A DNA stretch of 37,062 nt, taken from Lingula anatina. Lineage: Eukaryota; Animalia; Brachiopoda. The DNA lies in NCBI GenBank assembly GCA_051362555.1, contig JBPQGU010000012.1, positions 1 to 37,062 on the forward strand, in the 5' to 3' direction. Made by a program: the position numbers and the translations under genes. The notes beneath the pieces were generated by a model that saw only the letters and a program-made list of their open reading frames with translations, was not told the DNA's origin and searched no databases. How positions within the stretch are numbered: position 1 is the stretch's first letter; each line of letters begins with the position of its first letter. Below, in pieces: positions 32,260 to 37,062 of this stretch.

Positions 32260-34006
32260 TTTTCCAAGGATGACCTCAAGACTAGTCAATTCAAAGGTGG
32301 CCCAGATGAGTGATTGTATTGTATAATATACCTAAGGGTAAAAATATTAAACCCTTAAATAATAGGAAATTATCATGAAAATTGCAGATTTAACGATTTT
32401 GAACTCCACATTTTGTGGCAGTACAATAGTTGAAGATGTTTCGTTATACATGCAGTCAGGAACCTCTCAACATGTACTTGGTTCGTAATTAAAAAGATCC
32501 ACAATGTTCAATGTATAACAAAATGACTTGAAGACATTTAAATTTACATGCATATGTCATACAATCATCAAAGTGTTATGCTTCTTGCATACAAGTATAT
32601 GACGCATCCAAAACATTTTATAGTAATTGATTCCGATTTTAAGTATTTTCACACTGTACAGTATTGAATTATGATAACATGCTAGTTTGGTGTCGCAAGC
32701 TACGACTAAACTGTTAAGGGAGCACATCTGTGATTTAAGGCATTAATAAAATCAATTAATTGTTGAAAACTTGTTGGTATTGGCTGTAATACTTTTGTTA
32801 CTTTCCAAGACTGCGTTGCATTTTCACATTACGTATGACGATTCAAAGAATTTGCTTTCACTGTGTCAATGTGTTGCTTATTACTTTGCTTAAATATATT
32901 TATTCCTAGATATATAAATCATCATTTATTGCTTTTAGCGTCTTCGACCTGTTGCCTAAACTTATGGGTTTTATAGGAATTGTCGCTAGCTTAATCAATT
33001 GTAAGTAAGTATTGCAGTGAGGAATATACATGTCGAACGGTGTATGTGATAAATTAATACATAAGCATTTTTCACCTAAAAGCTAGATTGGTTTGTTTTT
33101 ATGGATGCCAAGAAACAGTTCGTTTATATATTAACAGATGTTTTTATCTGGCTGTTACATGGGTTATTTTATTTTACGTATAGGCATACATGTATTATAA
33201 AGTTGTTCTGTGATTTTTAAATCAAAATTAAATTAAATTAAAATTTTAACATTGGAATAAATTATATTAAAACCGATTTTATTAATCCCTTTAATTGTTC
33301 TATATGATTAAAAATCCGTAAATAATAAGGTTAATAATATGAAATTAAAAGTAAACAACACTGAAAACTTCTTGAATTTCTTCATTACAATTTGTGCGTC
33401 ACAAGTTTTTATGTGCGTATTTGTTGTTAAATAAAACCCTTTTGATAAAATCCACGTCCATGCAATTATTTGGCAGTCACTTTGTGCGACAATGAACTCC
33501 AGACTCAAAATGACATAAAAAATGTCCATTGATAAAATCGATATATGCTTTACAGTGTAGAAATAGCACGACAAAATACAGTGTATCACTAAAGCCCCCA
33601 TAACTGAATGCATGCTTTCTGCGACTCTCTACGACCAAAGATGTAGCCTGCAGGACGCTCAATGGTCGCCAATGCAAGAAAACCGTGTCCTTGTAAATGT
33701 GTCTGTTACCCTTATGTGTGTTTTCAACGACCAAGGCTGGATTTCATGTCCAATTAACAGCGACCTGAATGACTTTCAACTCCCATGTGAGTCCACTGTG
33801 CAGCCTACAACGTCCATTGCGATATTTGAGCATCCATTGAGCAACCAGGGTGTGATTACTGTACCTTCATCAGCGATCAGTGGCGACCATTCTACGATCT
33901 TTCTACGATATTATGCTAGACAGATGACCGTTGTTTGGGCGTCCTCTGGCGACTGCTGTGCGACCGGAAGTGCTTTTCATTCACGGGCTCTGCTACTTCT
34001 ATCATT

Positions 34007-34833
34007 AGGATTCCCCATAGGGGAATACTATTGTTTTTGGTAGTATTATTATTCTTTCCGCGCGTTTTTTTTTCGCAAAAAATCTGAAATAATTATCATA
34101 GGTAGCCTATGGTCAGAATATGCCACAGAACCAGTTTCAGTGACCTTGACCTACTTTTCAAGGTCACAGGGGCTTTTAAAGGCAAACATTGTAAAATTTG
34201 AAATTGCCATTAGGCCTAAAGTATAAGCCATATGGCTAAGAGCCTTATGGCCAGTGATACTGAGGTAAATCCACAGATAATGACCTACTTTTATGCAAGT
34301 AGGTCAAGGTCAAGGTCGCTAATGAGCAAGCGGGCTCAAAAAAGGTTTGTTTCCGAGATCTCAAGAACCGGAAGGCCCAGAGCCCCAATCATAGTGGCAA
34401 ATGATGCCCTATATATATATCTAAGGTTAGCCGTACTTTGGTAGCGACTGCTTAATTACTTTTTTAATATAGATTTTTAAATATTTATGACATTGCAGAA
34501 ATCTTGAGTTTGGCAATTTCTCCATGAAACACTGGTTTTTGGTCATAGCATGCTATAGTAAACTACCCCAAACATATACCCCAAACCCCCAAATCAAATG
34601 TCAAATTTGACCTTGACCCTCATTTTCAAGGTCATTTGGCTATTTCATGGAGAATTATTGACGTGGGCTAAAAGTGATGTTTTGTTGATCCCCCCCCCCC
34701 AATTCGCACATGCTCTTTCAGAATATGGGATCAAATTTAACCCGTGACCTTCACATGACCTTGTAAGAGCATTTCCACGCCTATTTTGCAGGGGAATCCT
34801 TCGCCACTGGCTTTAGCCAGTTGCAGTCTAGTT
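34007..34833 (+). mobile_element. HINE/Helentron-like element
   Basis: subTIR AGGATTCCCC ... GGGGAATCCT, 3' hairpin ACTGGCT-TT-AGCCAGT then CTAGTT, internal TGACCTTGACC/AAGGTCA repeats. Empty site TTCTACCATTAGTTTTTT at ~10377-10394. Confidence 0.8.
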
Positions 34834-35298
34834 AGTTTTTAATTCCTTGCGAAAATATAAAAATAAGTGTTTTACAAAGGTTGCATTTTAACAGAACTGA
34901 CTTTAAATGCAGTTATGCTAAAACGCACTGTAAATACACAAAAGTTTATTACGCTTAGCATACAGTGTTGGACTTAGTTTTATGAATGCACCATGCAAAG
35001 AAATTGTGAATATTCTGGGTATTTTTTTTTTTTTTTGCTATGTGTTAATAATATTTGCACTCTCTTAACATATTTCGTAAAATAGCACAGCAATGATCAA
35101 CCCTTCACAACTAAGAAATCCCATGATGCTGTAATTTATACATCATCACTTTCTGTACCGACAGTTAATTGTGTTAGTTGCACTGCGGTGCCATTTTGCG
35201 TATAGGGTAGCAGTGGGGACGTAATTTTTAACTCTCAATAGAAAAGTGACTGCAGCTTATTGATGTATGAACAACGAAAAGTAACACAAAGGGGGATC

Positions 35299-36023
35299 AT
35301 GAAGGAGTGGTGTCTTTATGTGCTGCTCTGTGCAGCTCCATATTCAACTAAAGGTAGGAAGTAAAAGTGATGCTCTTTACGGTGCTTCAAAGTATGTTAG
35401 CCATACTAAAATAGTTCAGCTTGTCCTAGTCCGAGACAATAGATACCTGGGGGATGCGTCCCCCTCGAATCCCACGACTTGATGTATCAACAGAATGGTA
35501 CATTCTTCATCGAAACAAAAATTGAACTTAATGACTCGTTTTCTAATTACCCTGTAAGAGTTATGAATAAAAAAAAAGCTGCATTTTGGCAGGGAGGGGT
35601 CCCATAATTACTTATTGGTATAAATGCTTAGCAATCGATTGAGTTAAGATAGAGGTCATTGCAGAAAATAACATAAACAGACATGACCTCATTTTACTGG
35701 TCTGACATTGATCAAGTTTCTAAACTATAGTGATATCAGATCAATACCTTCCTCTGTTCAAACAAGAACACAAACGCAAAGAAAACGCATTTTAAGAACA
35801 AAATGAAGACTCTAGGCACAATTGGGAATGATACACCGTGATTTTTGTCAATCGTCACAGGCTACACACTGCCCAAGAATGCATTTATATCTCGTTTCTT
35901 TCCTTTTCCTGTTACCCTTGTTTGGGGTAAGAAGTAACATTAGCTGGCTTGCCTTCCAAATGGTTACGTCATGAACCCTGAGGGAGGTACCCCACAACCA
36001 TTAAACCTTGTGTGTAGTTACAC
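35299..36023 (+). pseudogene. A-type copy psi3: intact leader 35299-35353 plus truncated V (~35925-36023)
   Basis: MKEWCLYVLLCAAPYSTK(G). Intron aligns with gene A intron 1. The V acceptor is lost, there is an early TAA and a frameshift, and homology stops after ...CSYT. Confidence 0.85.
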
Positions 36024-36510
36024 CTACAAGGGGTGTCTGAAATAAAATCAGTCGCACCTCTTTGTAGAACTCTTGCACAGCCCCTATTAACCGTTAGAGT
36101 TTAGCTGATATGCGCCCAGGTAACAGAGAAAATTAAGAAACTGAAAATGACATTTCATCCCCGTTGTAATAGAAAGAATAATTATCTATATTAAACGTGT
36201 ACTCCACAGCCAGGGTTGGATTGACTTCCTGAAAACCCGCCTCATGAAATTGTGAATACTATGCTTTTTTCTATTTATTGTGTTTCAATATTATTTGCCT
36301 TTTCTTAATCATATTTCAGAAAACAGAATAATATTGATCAGCCCCTAAGTACAGAAATTAACCGATGTGGTAATTTTTCTAGCATAACGTTCTGTATACC
36401 ACAGGTTAATTGTATTAGGATCTACTTTGTTGATTATCAGGCAGCAACGGAGATGTTATATTTAACTCCCAAAAAAAAAGTACCCGAGGCTAGGGGCAAC
36501 ACGCAGGAAG

Positions 36511-36770
36511 ATGCAGGCGGACGTGGTGTATTTATGTGTTGCTTTTTGTAACTCCATATTCATCTGATGGTGGGAACTAAATGTGCCTTTCTGTCCTTTA
36601 AAATAATTTAATGGTTTGAAGATTTGTCGGCCTTATGTTCAGCTACACAGTGGATCCCGGAGAGGTCGCGCAGAATGCTACATTACACGAATATGGATTT
36701 CAAAGGAACTGCAACTCCTCAATTACTGTTCGTATCTACTCAGGTCGGTAGTCCTTAAATTCAATTTTTC
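36511..36770 (+). pseudogene. Chimeric copy psi4: B-type frameshifted leader (36511-36569) joined at ~36629 to a psi2-type V fragment
   Basis: 36310-36628 aligns with 26392-26737; 36629-37062 aligns with 6701-7140. The leader is 59 nt (+4). Confidence 0.8.
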
Positions 36771-36807
36771 ATAAAAAACATTAAAGTACCACAAACGTGT
36801 CAAAAGC

Positions 36808-36851
<44 letters not shown>

Positions 36852-37062
36852 CGGGGTGTTTTGCTGTGAGATAAATGTTCTATAACTGTAGGTTGAGATG
36901 ACTAACATAACAAAAAGGATTGACGGCATTGCTCTAATTAAACACTGAGTGGTGAATATATCCCGCAAGCCAGGAAAGGTATATTTTTCACAACATGTAC
37001 AAGTGCAACTGATTCCGTAATTACTTTTCAGATCAGACAGAATAGGCAAACTTGTTAAGTTG
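36629..37062 (+). repeat. Duplicate of 6701-7140 including a ~41-42 nt poly(A) tract
   Basis: Direct sequence match with scattered substitutions, running to the window end. Confidence 0.9.

Larger units (their letters stand above)
29734..33027 (+). repeat. High-identity duplicate of gene A 3' half (12650-14013 plus 21523-23568)
   Basis: Near-continuous identity through introns and 3' UTR, ending at ...GAGGAATATA (23570/33027). Confidence 0.9.
33700..36023 (+). repeat. Segmental duplicate of gene A upstream region, leader, intron 1 and 5' V (~10100-11564)
   Basis: Collinear matches, e.g. 10110/33721 TTTTCAACG.CCAA, 10441/34907 ATGCAGTT.TGCTAAAA.GCACTGTAAATA, 11174/35675 TAAACAGACATGACCTCATTTTACTGG. 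Confidence 0.85.

Noticed and set aside
36015-36050. psi3 V breaks off at the CAC of that heptamer
   Set aside because: CAC is retained, unlike a RAG coding end. The following TACAAGGGGTGTC looks more like a TA-flanked transposon end.

Overview
AT-rich, intron-containing animal DNA, probably from an invertebrate (the taxon cannot be fixed from sequence alone). The window is a + strand tandem array of one immunoglobulin-superfamily receptor family. Two genes look intact: A (10806-22803, 413 aa) and B (26618-32259, 404 aa). Each has 7 coding exons joined by phase-1 introns: signal peptide, V-set Ig, C1-like/CD80-type C Ig, three Ser/Thr-rich stalk micro-exons, and a TM plus tyrosine-rich tail carrying an ITAM-like YEEL-x9-YMEL motif. 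Four broken or partial copies flank them (~1435, 5940-7950, 35299-36023, 36511-36770). The A and B V domains differ at 42 of 125 residues, mostly in the C'-D and F-G (CDR2/CDR3-equivalent) regions. The C exon, TM/tail and 3' non-coding DNA are strongly homogenised, giving a variable-head/constant-body pattern. No RSS or J-segment signature was found, so the diversity appears germline-encoded. Many transposons are interleaved, several confirmed by empty sites in paralogues: a 7.5-kb CACAG-ended CMC/EnSpm-like element containing a 5'-truncated LINE and a hammerhead ribozyme motif, a 3-kb long-TIR element with nested MITEs, two Helentron/HINE-like elements, and other MITEs.
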